A stretch of 64,000 nucleotides of DNA, taken from the NCBI GenBank assembly GCA_965224705.1, contig OZ245056.1, forward strand, positions 1,856,001-1,920,000, given 5' to 3'. Shown here piece after piece: positions 38,511 through 47,916 of the stretch (position 1 is the stretch's first letter; each line of letters opens with the position of its first letter). The stretch is from Spirochaetaceae bacterium (GTDB lineage: Bacteria; Spirochaetota; Spirochaetia; DSM-2461). Made by a program: the position numbers and the translations under genes. The notes under the pieces were generated by a model. That model did not search any database. It was given only the letters and a program-made list of their open reading frames with translations, and was not told the origin of the DNA.

Positions 38511-39680
38511 ATGTTACCACGTAGAATGACAGCAAAACAGGCACTTATCGTCCTGACCACAGTATTTTTAGGAATCAGCATACCAGTCCATTCTCAGCAG
38601 TATATCAGAGAAAGATCCGAGCGGGAGAATTTCATCGCCAGACGCATTATCGGCGGTTTATCATATCCCTGGGGGATGGCCATTCTTCCAGATGGCAGGA
38701 TTCTTGTAACAGAAAAAACAGGCAGCTTGCTCCTGGTGGATGGTAAATCCGCGAAGAAGGTCAGGGGAGTGCCCAGAGTTGCAGTCATTGGACAGGGCGG
38801 CCTTCTGGATGTGGTTATTTCCCCTGATTACAGCAAAAACTCATTGGTCTACCTGAGTTTTGCCGAGGAAAAATCCGGTCTTTACGGCACCGCTGTTGCC
38901 CGTGGACGACTCGACGGTGTTTTAAGCCCTTCACCGGAGTTGAAAGAGATGGAAGTAATCTACAGTGCCTACCCTAAAAGTACAGGAGGACTTCATTTCG
39001 GTTCCCGATCAACTTTTGACAATAAGGGGTATCTCTATATTACTCTGGGTGAGCGCGGCACCATGAACAGGGCTCAGAATCCTTTCGATCCTGCTGGAAG
39101 CGTGCTTCGACTCAACCCCGACGGTTCGATTCCCAGAGACAACCCTTTTGCTCCCGGCACCACCGGTGAAGGCAGGGGGGCTCCGGAAGTGTGGAGCTAC
39201 GGTTCCCGAAATGCTCAGGGCATGGCAAAGCATCCTGTGACCGGAAAAATATGGCTGCATGAACACGGTCCAAAAGGAGGCGATGAAGTTAACATCGTGA
39301 TGAAGGGAGCCAATTACGGCTGGCCGAAAGTGACACATGGAATCAATTATGATGGCAGTATCATCAGTCCTCACACCACAGCCGAGGGTTTTACTGACCC
39401 TGTTATCTACTGGGTGCCTTCCATTGCTCCGTCAGGGTTATCATTCTACACAGGAACCTTATTTCCTGAGTGGAAAGGCAATCTTTTTGCAGGTGCCCTG
39501 GCCGGTCAGCATCTACGCCGTCTGGTTTTGAAGGGAGACAGAGTTGTCCATCAGGAAGAATTGCTTAAAAACCGCATAGGCCGAATCCGGGATGTCCGCA
39601 GCAGTTTCGATGGTTACATCTATGTGCTGACTGATTCGAAAAAGGGAGCATTATACCGGCTGGAACCTGATGCTGATTAA
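38511..39680 (+). CDS. PQQ-dependent sugar dehydrogenase (YliI/Asd family), exported
   Basis: Signal peptide; PWGMAILPDG, GQGGLLDV, HFGSR, SYGSRNAQG, EHGPKGGDEVN, GRIRDV. Confidence 0.92.
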   Translation: MLPRRMTAKQALIVLTTVFLGISIPVHSQQYIRERSERENFIARRIIGGLSYPWGMAILPDGRILVTEKTGSLLLVDGKSAKKVRGVPRVAVIGQGGLLDVVISPDYSKNSLVYLSFAEEKSGLYGTAVARGRLDGVLSPSPELKEMEVIYSAYPKSTGGLHFGSRSTFDNKGYLYITLGERGTMNRAQNPFDPAGSVLRLNPDGSIPRDNPFAPGTTGEGRGAPEVWSYGSRNAQGMAKHPVTGKIWLHEHGPKGGDEVNIVMKGANYGWPKVTHGINYDGSIISPHTTAEGFTDPVIYWVPSIAPSGLSFYTGTLFPEWKGNLFAGALAGQHLRRLVLKGDRVVHQEELLKNRIGRIRDVRSSFDGYIYVLTDSKKGALYRLEPDAD

Positions 39681-40594
39681 CACCAGCCGTGCAGATCCGA
39701 GATCTTATTAAATCCCTCCCCTTCCATGTATTTCGTTATTCCATCCAGAACTCTGGCCGGAGCATCAGGTTCAGAGAAAAGTGCCGTCCCAATCTGCACA
39801 GCCGACGCACCGGCCAAAAAATATTCAAGGGCATCATCAGCACAGGCAATGCCTCCTGTGCCGATAACAGGAGCATCAACGGCCCGGGCCACCCTCCATA
39901 CAGCACCAACGCCCACAGGACGAATCGCCGGACCGGACAGACCGCCCGTCCCCCCTGGAATAATGGGTTGGCGCCGCTGAATATCAATCTTCATTCCAAC
40001 AAGAGTATTGATACAGGAGAGAGCATCGGCACCCGTACCAACAGCCACCCTTGCCAGCTCGGCAATATCTGTTACATTGGGTGAAAGCTTGACAATAAGG
40101 GGTTTGGCGATGACTTTCCGTACAGCCCTGACCAGTTTTTCCAGCACTTCGGGATCGGTTCCAAAGGCCATTCCTCCATGTTTCACATTGGGACAGGACA
40201 CATTGAGTTCTACTCCCCACACAGAATCACATTCATTCATGGCTTCACACACAAGGACGTAATCGGATTCAACAGCCCCGGCAACATTGACGATAACCGG
40301 GCATGGCAGGTTTTGAATAATTGGAATCTTCTCCTGCAGAAAAGCTTTCAGGCCAGGATTGGCCAGTCCGATTGCATTGATTAATCCCGCCGGAGTTTCA
40401 GTCAATCGAGGCGGCCTGTTGCCGACACGGGGTTCAGGGGTTACAGCCTTGGTAAAAATGCCGCCAAGGGAACTATAATCAATCAGGGAAGCATATTCCT
40501 CACCGAAACCAAAGACGCCTGATGCAGCTGTGACGGGATTCGGGAGGATTTTGTCTGAGATCTGCACACTGAGATCTATCGGGGGATTCACCAT
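39677..40594 (-). CDS. pyrD: Dihydroorotate dehydrogenase family 1B catalytic subunit
   Basis: ASGVFGFG, NAIGLANPG, ELNVSCPNV, KLSPNVTDI, GGLSGPAIRP. Confidence 0.95.
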   Translation of the reverse strand: MVNPPIDLSVQISDKILPNPVTAASGVFGFGEEYASLIDYSSLGGIFTKAVTPEPRVGNRPPRLTETPAGLINAIGLANPGLKAFLQEKIPIIQNLPCPVIVNVAGAVESDYVLVCEAMNECDSVWGVELNVSCPNVKHGGMAFGTDPEVLEKLVRAVRKVIAKPLIVKLSPNVTDIAELARVAVGTGADALSCINTLVGMKIDIQRRQPIIPGGTGGLSGPAIRPVGVGAVWRVARAVDAPVIGTGGIACADDALEYFLAGASAVQIGTALFSEPDAPARVLDGITKYMEGEGFNKISDLHGWC

Positions 40595-41367
40595 TTTACG
40601 ATCCTGGAATCAAAGACGGACCCCTCCAGGCAGGCCCGTTTATACGCCGTCTGGTTATTCTGATCGACCACCGGAACGGCACAGCCCTGGCATGCGCCGA
40701 CTCCGCACGCCATCATCTCTTCCATAGAAACCCATGACGGCCGGTTTGAATCCACGGCAAGGTGATGAATTGCGGTCATCATGGGCAAAGGACCGCAGCT
40801 GTAGAAAGCCGCATTACCCACATCGGCCTGCGACACCCCATCAAGAACAGTGCCGGTGATGCCGGTGCTTCCATCTTCTGTGCACAGCCGTAATTCAACT
40901 TCCGGAGGCCAGTTCAGAGAGGGCAGAAAGTCTGCACTTCGGTTTCCCACAATCACCAGAGGAGTGAATCCACGCTGCACAAGGTCAACAGAAAAAAAGT
41001 ACATCGGTCCGATTCCAGCCCCGCCAGCGACAAGAATGGGCCGTTGATCCAGATCCGGCAGGGGGAAAAATGAACCCAGAGGACCGATCCAGTTAACCTC
41101 GCCGCCGCTATTCATAGAAGCCAGATCCCTGGTGGCAGAACCTCTGATTTCATAGATAAAAGCAACACTTGATTCCCCGACATCGGAGTACGCAAAGGGA
41201 CGGCGCAGAAGAGTCAATGGGTAGCTGTCAGGTAATATAGTAAGGAACTGACCAGGTCTGGGTGTTGGTCCTGTACCATCCCAATGGATATGAATTTCCT
41301 TGCAGTCATGGGCAATAGTTTCATTGGAGAGAATTTCTCCGGTCTGTTGAATGCAGTTGGGGGTCAT
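40588..41367 (-). CDS. pyrK: Dihydroorotate dehydrogenase electron transfer subunit
   Basis: RRPF, GGAGIGPM, CGPLPMM, [2Fe-2S] motif MACGVGACQGC...C. Confidence 0.93.
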   Translation of the reverse strand: MTPNCIQQTGEILSNETIAHDCKEIHIHWDGTGPTPRPGQFLTILPDSYPLTLLRRPFAYSDVGESSVAFIYEIRGSATRDLASMNSGGEVNWIGPLGSFFPLPDLDQRPILVAGGAGIGPMYFFSVDLVQRGFTPLVIVGNRSADFLPSLNWPPEVELRLCTEDGSTGITGTVLDGVSQADVGNAAFYSCGPLPMMTAIHHLAVDSNRPSWVSMEEMMACGVGACQGCAVPVVDQNNQTAYKRACLEGSVFDSRIVKW

Positions 41368-41792
41368 TTTTGAGATATGACGGTTCCAGGAGTTATACCT
41401 TTGGCGTTAGCCTGCAGCCAGCGAGTCAGATTGACGATTCGATCCGTTGTTTCCTGAGTGATGATGTGTTCGATCCGGCAGGATTGTTCCACAATTTCTT
41501 TCCCTTCCAGATCCAGGGCTGTTTTGAAGAATTCAGTTAGAACTTCATGGCGCTTGAATACTTCTCTGGCCTGTATCATTCCTTTCGGTGTAAGATTGAT
41601 GTATGAGTTTTTTTCATATTCTACTAAACCGTGAGATTTCAGAGTCTTCAATGCCCCGGTTACCGATGGCATCTGTACACCCATGTGTGCCGCAATATCC
41701 TTTACCCTGGCGACTCTATTCGCCTCTTCAAGAATAAGAATGGTTTCCAGATAGTCTTCCATGCTCGGGGTAAGTTTCTCTAATTCTCTCAT
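41364..41792 (-). CDS. DtxR/MntR-family metal-dependent transcriptional regulator
   Basis: SMEDYLETI, RVKDIA...PSVT, RHEVLTEFF, CRIEH. Confidence 0.92.
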   Translation of the reverse strand: MRELEKLTPSMEDYLETILILEEANRVARVKDIAAHMGVQMPSVTGALKTLKSHGLVEYEKNSYINLTPKGMIQAREVFKRHEVLTEFFKTALDLEGKEIVEQSCRIEHIITQETTDRIVNLTRWLQANAKGITPGTVISQK

Positions 41793-41822
41793 GATGATGG
41801 CAAGGTAGCAGAATCAACAGAG

Positions 41823-42392
41823 TTAGGCAAGCAAGTTCTTATTCTGTGGGGCGCGGGGGAGCCTGCGTCTCCATTCTTCCCGCCAGTATGTTGAAAGAAA
41901 CCACAACCGTTCAGGATTATATCTGATTGAAAAACATGCAAGGTTGAGTGATCGCCAGTTCACTGTCTCGATGGGCTGGGTAATCGGAAGATTGTTATCG
42001 GGTTGTGAATTGTAGGCTATAGGAATACCTTCCAGCAGCGGGAAAAGACTGTCAGGAAGGTTGGATGGAAACTCTTTGAAGAGGGTCTTCTGCAGAGTAG
42101 TGAACCAGGTACCGGCATTCACAGGCCATATAATCCATTGGGCATTGGAGATGAGTTTCAGCGATGAGTGCAGGACAATGGGGTGTTTGCATCCAGGAAG
42201 TAACCCAGGAACGGGGGGAGATGGCAGACTGGATGAATAAAGAATGGGGAGTAGGGGAGGTAGGGGGGCCGGGATTCGTCCCAGAATAAAATGTTCCTTC
42301 TGTAGTTTCTGTACGGGGATATTGACAGCCTGGGGTGTAAGAAGACATGTGCAATAGAGTTCTCCTGAGGGTGACGGCTGATTGGATTTCAT
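41823..42392 (-). CDS. Hypothetical protein (Pro-rich)
   Basis: 189-aa ORF filling the gap; no recognised family. Confidence 0.55.
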   Translation of the reverse strand: MKSNQPSPSGELYCTCLLTPQAVNIPVQKLQKEHFILGRIPAPLPPLLPILYSSSLPSPPVPGLLPGCKHPIVLHSSLKLISNAQWIIWPVNAGTWFTTLQKTLFKEFPSNLPDSLFPLLEGIPIAYNSQPDNNLPITQPIETVNWRSLNLACFSIRYNPERLWFLSTYWREEWRRRLPRAPQNKNLLA

Positions 42393-42438
42393 GCTAGACT
42401 TATACTTGATTCTATATCACTAATGGTAAGGATGGAAT

Positions 42439-43218
42439 ATGAAAACGAAAGTGAGTCACAATGTTTCTGAAATCGTTGAAGTAATCAGCACCTGGAGCGG
42501 TGTGAGAGCTGTTATACTGCAGCACTTTGTTGAACGAGATGTGTATGATCCCAATTTCTCCATCACCATGGATGTGTTCCGTGATGGAAGCATTCCAGAC
42601 GATGATGAGCGAGCCCGTCTGTTTCCCGATGCACAGTATTATGAATCCTCCCATACCGGAGAGAAAGACCGCTTTGTTCTCAACGATATGCCTGTTCGTA
42701 TTTCCTATAAAGATTGCCATCGAGTTGAAGAAATTCTTGATTCATTGAATAGTGATAAATGGCTTTCGATGGAACAGGGGACTTATTTCTTTCACCGTCT
42801 GGCAACTGGAACTGTGGTTTGGGCTCGTGATGAATGGATTACTGATGTCAGGCAAACACTTGATACCCTTCCGGAATCCTTCTGGACTGTGTGGATAGAA
42901 TCCTGCCACAGCAAAATTGACCATTATTTCGGTGATCTTGCGGCAAGCTCATTTAAGGCTGATGCTCTCTATTTTCATCTTTCGATGACTGGATTTTTGA
43001 AATCTGTTGCAGAACTTCTTTTTGCCCTGAATCATGTTTTTCTGCCGGGCCCGCGCGATCTGACAGCTTCACTTTTCCTGCTGGATCTTCTTCCTGAGGG
43101 ATTTGAAGCTAGCTGGGCAAGCCTTCTCAGGGAAGATCCTGAACTTCCATTTGAACGAAAGCGCGAAATTGCCGAATTACTGGCCTCCGGAGTATTTGCA
43201 CTGAAATCGGAAGAATAG
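42439..43218 (+). CDS. DUF4037-like / nucleotidyltransferase-fold protein
   Basis: C-terminal helical LLFALNHVFLPG region; N-terminal NTase-like region without the canonical GS/DxD motif. Confidence 0.55.
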   Translation: MKTKVSHNVSEIVEVISTWSGVRAVILQHFVERDVYDPNFSITMDVFRDGSIPDDDERARLFPDAQYYESSHTGEKDRFVLNDMPVRISYKDCHRVEEILDSLNSDKWLSMEQGTYFFHRLATGTVVWARDEWITDVRQTLDTLPESFWTVWIESCHSKIDHYFGDLAASSFKADALYFHLSMTGFLKSVAELLFALNHVFLPGPRDLTASLFLLDLLPEGFEASWASLLREDPELPFERKREIAELLASGVFALKSEE

Positions 43219-43271
43219 ACTTTACAAATATCTGAGATATGACTAGGATACATCCTTTGAAAGGTGAATAA

Positions 43272-43499
43272 ATGTCCAGGAAATGTGTAATATGCGGAAA
43301 AGGTACAATCTCAGGGAACAATGTCCCAAGGAAAGGTTTGCCAAAGAAACAGGGGGGTGCGGGTCAGCACATAGGTGTAAAAACAAAGCGTTTGTTTAAA
43401 CCTAATTTGATGAAGGTAAAGGCCCTGGTGGAAGGGAAGCCCAGGTCCATCAAGATATGTGCCCGCTGTCTTAAAACCGGGAAAATTGTCAAGGCCTGA
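43272..43499 (+). CDS. rpmB: 50S ribosomal protein L28 (Zn-ribbon form)
   Basis: MSRKCVICGK...KTKRLFKPNL...ICARCLK. Confidence 0.95.
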   Translation: MSRKCVICGKGTISGNNVPRKGLPKKQGGAGQHIGVKTKRLFKPNLMKVKALVEGKPRSIKICARCLKTGKIVKA

Positions 43500-44717
43500 T
43501 CAATCGACCTGTGTTCTCAGGGATGAAGCCAGTGTACGCAGGAAGAACCCCACATCACTGACAACTCCAACAGTATGATTGCTTCCTCTGTCTGCAAGTT
43601 TGGTAACGACAGCAGGATTGATATCAATACAGACGGTTTTAATCCAGCTTGGTGTCATGTTGCCTGTTCCAATAGAATGGAGCATGGTTGACAGCATCAT
43701 AATCATGTCAGCATCGGCAATAATATCAGCATAGGCATTCTGAGCCTTGATCATGTCCATCTCAGTTTCCGGCAGGGGTCCATCATCCCTGATGGAACCA
43801 GCCAGACAAAATGGAATACGGGCCTGAAGAAGTTCGTACATCAATCCGGAAGTCAGTACTCCAGCATCCATCATTTTCCTGATAGAACCATAGCTGTAAA
43901 CTTTGTTTATAGCCATCATATGGTGTTTATGTCCCTCATGAGTGGGCTGTCCTGTAACAAGATCCACCCCAAGTGATGTGCCGTAAAGCTGAGATTCCAG
44001 ATCATGGACGGCAATGGCGTTTCCGCCCAGAAAAGCATTTATCCATCCCTTCCGCACAAGTGCTGCCAGGGCATCAGTTCCGCCCGTATGCACCACGACC
44101 GGTCCGGCAACAGCAACGATTTTACCACCATTCGATCGAATTTCCTGCATCTGTTCAGCGATTTTCTCTGCGGATTGAGTGGCGTTTCTTTCTGATGAGA
44201 CATCGTTCGCCATGAAGGAAAAGGAGTCACTGGCACCTGCAATCTCCGGAGGATGAACCCGGACCGAGTCCGATCCGGTTAGAACACAATCGCCCCTTAT
44301 CAACTCCCTGAGTTTTACACATTCGGGTCCGTTCTTCCTCAGTACAATGGAAGCATCCATACGCTGTTTTCTGACCTCGGCCCACTGACCTCCTGTATAG
44401 ATCTCGGTACGGTGGTTTGTTGTCGAATAAAAGCCTTCGGGAGCGGCTTTGTCTCGAATCACCTCAACCCAGACTGCTTCACTTTCCCCCTCGACCTGCA
44501 CGCCCAGCGCCGTCAGTTTTCTCGCAACAGTTTCCAGAAGGTTGTTATCCCCAGCTTTCAGCATCATCTGAAGAGATGATTCCTGGTCTGGAACCTTGCC
44601 TATATTGAAGTGTGTAATCTCGTAGTCGGCCCCTTCATCAAGAATGATGGCAAGAATTCTTGAAAGTAATCCTGAGTCGATGAGATGTCCCTTGCAGAGC
44701 AGTGATTTTGTCACCAT
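43500..44717 (-). CDS. TIGR00300 / LOR-SDH family protein (AgrE C-terminal-type ornithine cyclodeaminase)
   Basis: GHLIDSG, APEGFYSTTNH, QRMD, FSFMANDVSSER, GNAIAVHD, AGSIRDDGPLP, DINPAVVTKLADRGS. Confidence 0.88.
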   Translation of the reverse strand: MVTKSLLCKGHLIDSGLLSRILAIILDEGADYEITHFNIGKVPDQESSLQMMLKAGDNNLLETVARKLTALGVQVEGESEAVWVEVIRDKAAPEGFYSTTNHRTEIYTGGQWAEVRKQRMDASIVLRKNGPECVKLRELIRGDCVLTGSDSVRVHPPEIAGASDSFSFMANDVSSERNATQSAEKIAEQMQEIRSNGGKIVAVAGPVVVHTGGTDALAALVRKGWINAFLGGNAIAVHDLESQLYGTSLGVDLVTGQPTHEGHKHHMMAINKVYSYGSIRKMMDAGVLTSGLMYELLQARIPFCLAGSIRDDGPLPETEMDMIKAQNAYADIIADADMIMMLSTMLHSIGTGNMTPSWIKTVCIDINPAVVTKLADRGSNHTVGVVSDVGFFLRTLASSLRTQVD

Positions 44718-44727
44718 GAAGTAGATA

Positions 44728-45402
44728 TTAACCTGCCGGATGTAGTTTGTCGATGTAAAGTTGAATAAATTTGTTCAGCTGCCTGCGATTATACTGCATA
44801 ATCCACCGGGGATGCGGAAGGGGTTCAATTTGTTCGAAAAAACGGTGACGTTCATTGAAGTCCCTGAGGTACCTGAAGTTGGTTCCCTGCCCCATGCAGA
44901 ATGCAACCGATCTATTTGCTCCAGCGGCAATCTGCTTCTCCATGACAGCGGCCATCCACTTATCCAGTTGTGTCGGCAGTCCTTTCACATCATAGTAATT
45001 AAGATTTTTACCGTTTCGAATAAATCCTACAGGACTCAATGCCGTGATGTAGAAACGCTGGTAAAAGGCAGAGACACCGCCGAAGGCGGAGATCATCCTA
45101 TATACGAAATCACTTGAAAGCTCCCGCCCGCCGATTATGGAATGATCTATACTGCAATCCCCGGCCAGGCGAATTGGATCCGTGAAACAGATTCCGGTTA
45201 CCCCTGCACCAAAGCGGCCTGGATTTATACCGATGAGAAATATCCGTTTGCCGGTATCATTGAAAAAACTGGAATAGAAATGCTGCATTACCCTTTTGAC
45301 TTCCGGGTTACCGTAAGGCCAGAGAATTTCCACATCGTCGGGGATATTCTCCGGTGGAGTAAGGGTTTCAAAGAAATTGAGAATGTATGCGCCAAAACTC
45401 AT
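44728..45402 (-). CDS. Uracil-DNA glycosylase superfamily, SMUG2/DUF4918 type
   Basis: GINPGRFGAGVTGICFTDP, ELSSDF, KNLNYYD, LPHPRWIMQY. Confidence 0.88.
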   Translation of the reverse strand: MSFGAYILNFFETLTPPENIPDDVEILWPYGNPEVKRVMQHFYSSFFNDTGKRIFLIGINPGRFGAGVTGICFTDPIRLAGDCSIDHSIIGGRELSSDFVYRMISAFGGVSAFYQRFYITALSPVGFIRNGKNLNYYDVKGLPTQLDKWMAAVMEKQIAAGANRSVAFCMGQGTNFRYLRDFNERHRFFEQIEPLPHPRWIMQYNRRQLNKFIQLYIDKLHPAG

Positions 45403-45425
45403 CAATAGTTCCAGAAAGAATCTTA

Positions 45426-45566
45426 GTGTCAGAAAGCTTGTTAATGCAACAAAAATCCATGTTCCGGGAGTGGAATCTGGCCGTTATGATCCGTTGTATG
45501 TGAAGGTTCAGTATGAGATTGGACTCCCGAGATGGGTTGAAGGAGGTTTTACAGGCTTTCTGACAC
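45426..45566 (+). mobile_element. 141-bp MITE, deletion derivative of the 28702-29306 element (copy D, inverted)
   Basis: Same two ends; about 100 bp highly similar to the reverse complement of 28702-28805. Confidence 0.88.
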
Positions 45567-45617
45567 CCGGTAAGGAAGACCTTAACCACAATAGTTCTTG
45601 ACTTGAACTTTTGTTAC

Positions 45618-45694
45618 GGTGTTGTCAAAATACCCACACAGCCCGGCTGTACGCAGGCGAAAATCTCTTCGTCAACTCCCTGAAGCTGTTTTCC
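45618..45694. repeat. Structured intergenic repeat, family B (reverse orientation)
   Basis: GTGTTGTCAAAATACCCACACAGCCCGGC...CAGGCGAAAATCTCTTCGTCAACTCCCTGAAGCTGTTTTCC aligns with the reverse complement of 24135-24238. Confidence 0.7.
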
Positions 45695-45720
45695 AGAGGT
45701 ACTCTGAGGATGAAGCCTCC

Positions 45721-46299
45721 ATGTTAAAGATCTACCTGGACTGCTGGAATTTATCGACAGAGACTCATTTCCAGTCAGCCAGAAACCGCAATGCCGGTAT
45801 TGAACAGCGCATAGCCTCCCTGTCCATGAATTCCAGGGTAGAAATCAGCCTTGAGTCATCAGGAAAGCCCGTGGTCCTTCAGCCGGAGGGCTGGTATTTC
45901 AATCTTTCCCATAGTGGAGATTTCGCCTTCTGTGCCTACTCCACCGCAGCGATTGGATTGGATCTGGAGTTGCATAAGAAACGGAACTTCAGTTTGATAA
46001 TGGAATCGTGGTTCCAAAAAAAGGAGCGGATTCTACTGAAGGATTCAATGTGTTTTCAGAACTTCTATACAATCTGGACTAGAAAAGAAGCCTGGCTGAA
46101 GATGCATGGAAAAAGTATCTGGAACCTGGGTGAAACGCCTGATATGACTGAAGTCCCTCCAGGCATTCAAAGCTATGAACTTGAGTGGAATGAAAAACTC
46201 TACAGCTTATCCTGGTCGCTGGACAATCCCGATCATCAGAAAACAGAACTCATCCCATTTTTCTCCAGCCCGGAACTTATACCTATTACCCATTTCTGA
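45721..46299 (+). CDS. 4'-phosphopantetheinyl transferase (Sfp type)
   Basis: GKP, FNLSHSG, IGLDLE, WTRKEAWLK. The upstream ORF extension from 45619 is repeat DNA. Confidence 0.88.
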   Translation: MLKIYLDCWNLSTETHFQSARNRNAGIEQRIASLSMNSRVEISLESSGKPVVLQPEGWYFNLSHSGDFAFCAYSTAAIGLDLELHKKRNFSLIMESWFQKKERILLKDSMCFQNFYTIWTRKEAWLKMHGKSIWNLGETPDMTEVPPGIQSYELEWNEKLYSLSWSLDNPDHQKTELIPFFSSPELIPITHF

Positions 46300-46316
46300 A
46301 ACTCAGTAGACAATAC

Positions 46317-46345
46317 TTGACCTTACAGCCAAGTAGACTTATAAC
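46317..46345 (+). promoter_or_regulatory. Putative sigma70 promoter of the pan/coa operon
   Basis: TTGACC-17 bp-TATAAC just upstream of panB. Confidence 0.5.
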
Positions 46346-46360
46346 CTTGTCACAAGAGGC

Positions 46361-47152
46361 ATGATGAAAACAGTTCTGGAGTTTAAGAAGCAGAAAGAAA
46401 GAGGTGAAAAGATTACCGTAGTAACGGCGTATGACTATACAATAGCAAGTGTGTTCAATGATTCTTTGATTGACTGCCTGCTGGTAGGAGACAGCCTTGC
46501 CATGGTAATGCATGGATTCCCTTCCACTGTTTATGCCACAAATGAACTGATGGCCCTACATACAGCAGCCGTTACCCGAGGTGCTCCGGACAAGCTCACT
46601 GTTTCTGACATGCCATTTTTGAGTTACCGAAAAGGTGAGATAGAAGCAATGAAAGCTGTGGATGCCCTGATGAAAGCCGGGGCATCGGCGGTAAAAGTTG
46701 AGGGGGTAACAGGTCATCAGGAAATTATAACTCACATTGTGGAGTCTGGAATTCCAGTGATGGGACATTTAGGCCTAACCCCGCAATCAGTCCATGCCCT
46801 GGGGGGCTACAGAGTTCAGGGCAGAAAGGAAGATATGGCCGAAATCATCTTTGCCCAGGCCCTGGAATTGGAGGAACTGGGTTGTTTTTCCATGGTACTG
46901 GAATGTATCCCCCATGAACTGGCTGCCCGTATCTCCAAAAAACTGGGCATACCGACAATAGGAATTGGTGCGGGTCCCGGTGTGGATGGACAGGTCCTGG
47001 TTTGGCAGGATATGTTGGGCTTAACCGGTATGAATCCGAAATTCTTGAAACATTATCTTGATGGAAAAGAGATTTTCAGAGACGCCATCAAATCCTTTTG
47101 CAGTGAGGTTAAAAACGGAGTGTATCCCCAGTTGGAGCACAGCTATCAGTAG
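46361..47152 (+). CDS. panB: 3-methyl-2-oxobutanoate hydroxymethyltransferase
   Basis: TAYDY, LLVGDS, SDMPFLSY, VKVEG, GHLGLTPQS, IGIGAG, DGQVLV. Confidence 0.96.
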   Translation: MMKTVLEFKKQKERGEKITVVTAYDYTIASVFNDSLIDCLLVGDSLAMVMHGFPSTVYATNELMALHTAAVTRGAPDKLTVSDMPFLSYRKGEIEAMKAVDALMKAGASAVKVEGVTGHQEIITHIVESGIPVMGHLGLTPQSVHALGGYRVQGRKEDMAEIIFAQALELEELGCFSMVLECIPHELAARISKKLGIPTIGIGAGPGVDGQVLVWQDMLGLTGMNPKFLKHYLDGKEIFRDAIKSFCSEVKNGVYPQLEHSYQ

Positions 47153-47160
47153 GGGATAAG

Positions 47161-47916
47161 ATGGAAGTTGTACACAATATTGAGGATTGGCAGACAATCA
47201 GACGCAGTTTCTCATCTGTAGACCTTGGACTGGTGCCCACCATGGGGGCACTTCACCAGGGACACCTCTCACTTTTGTCGCATGCCTTGAGAGATAATAA
47301 GTTTACAGTCGTCAGTATTTTTATAAATCCAACTCAGTTCAACGATCCCGGTGATCTAAGCCGATATCCTCGTAATCTGGACAGGGATCTGGAACTTCTC
47401 AGAGCCGAAGGTACCCACTATGTGTTTGTTCCTCAGGCAGAGGAAATCTATCAGGATAACTACCGCTACCGGGTAACCGAAACGGAATTGACCTCCCAGC
47501 TTTGCGGAATGAATCGTCCCGGTCATTTTACCGGAGTGTTGACAGTTGTTCTTAAGCTTTTTAACATTATCAGTCCTCAGCGAGCTTATTTCGGCGAGAA
47601 GGATTATCAGCAGTTTCTACTCATTCAGGGGATGGTAAAAAACCTGTTCCTGCCGATTGAAATCGTCCCTGTTCCCACTGTCCGGGAGAGCGATGGCCTG
47701 GCGTTGAGTTCACGGAATCTTCTTTTAAACTCTGAAGAACGAATTCTCGCTGGTCGATTCCCCGAAATTCTCCGGGAATCGGCCACAGCTCCTGAAGCAA
47801 AAAAACGGCTGCTTGCCAATGGTATAGAAGTGGATTACGTTGAAGAACTGTACAATCGCCGTTTTGGAGCGGTAAAGATAGGTAAGGTGAGGTTGATAGA
47901 CAATGTCCCGATATAA
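47161..47916 (+). CDS. panC: Pantoate--beta-alanine ligase
   Basis: VPTMGALHQGH, SIFINPTQF, RPGHFTGV, FGEKDYQQ, GLALSSRN, RLIDN. Confidence 0.96.
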   Translation: MEVVHNIEDWQTIRRSFSSVDLGLVPTMGALHQGHLSLLSHALRDNKFTVVSIFINPTQFNDPGDLSRYPRNLDRDLELLRAEGTHYVFVPQAEEIYQDNYRYRVTETELTSQLCGMNRPGHFTGVLTVVLKLFNIISPQRAYFGEKDYQQFLLIQGMVKNLFLPIEIVPVPTVRESDGLALSSRNLLLNSEERILAGRFPEILRESATAPEAKKRLLANGIEVDYVEELYNRRFGAVKIGKVRLIDNVPI

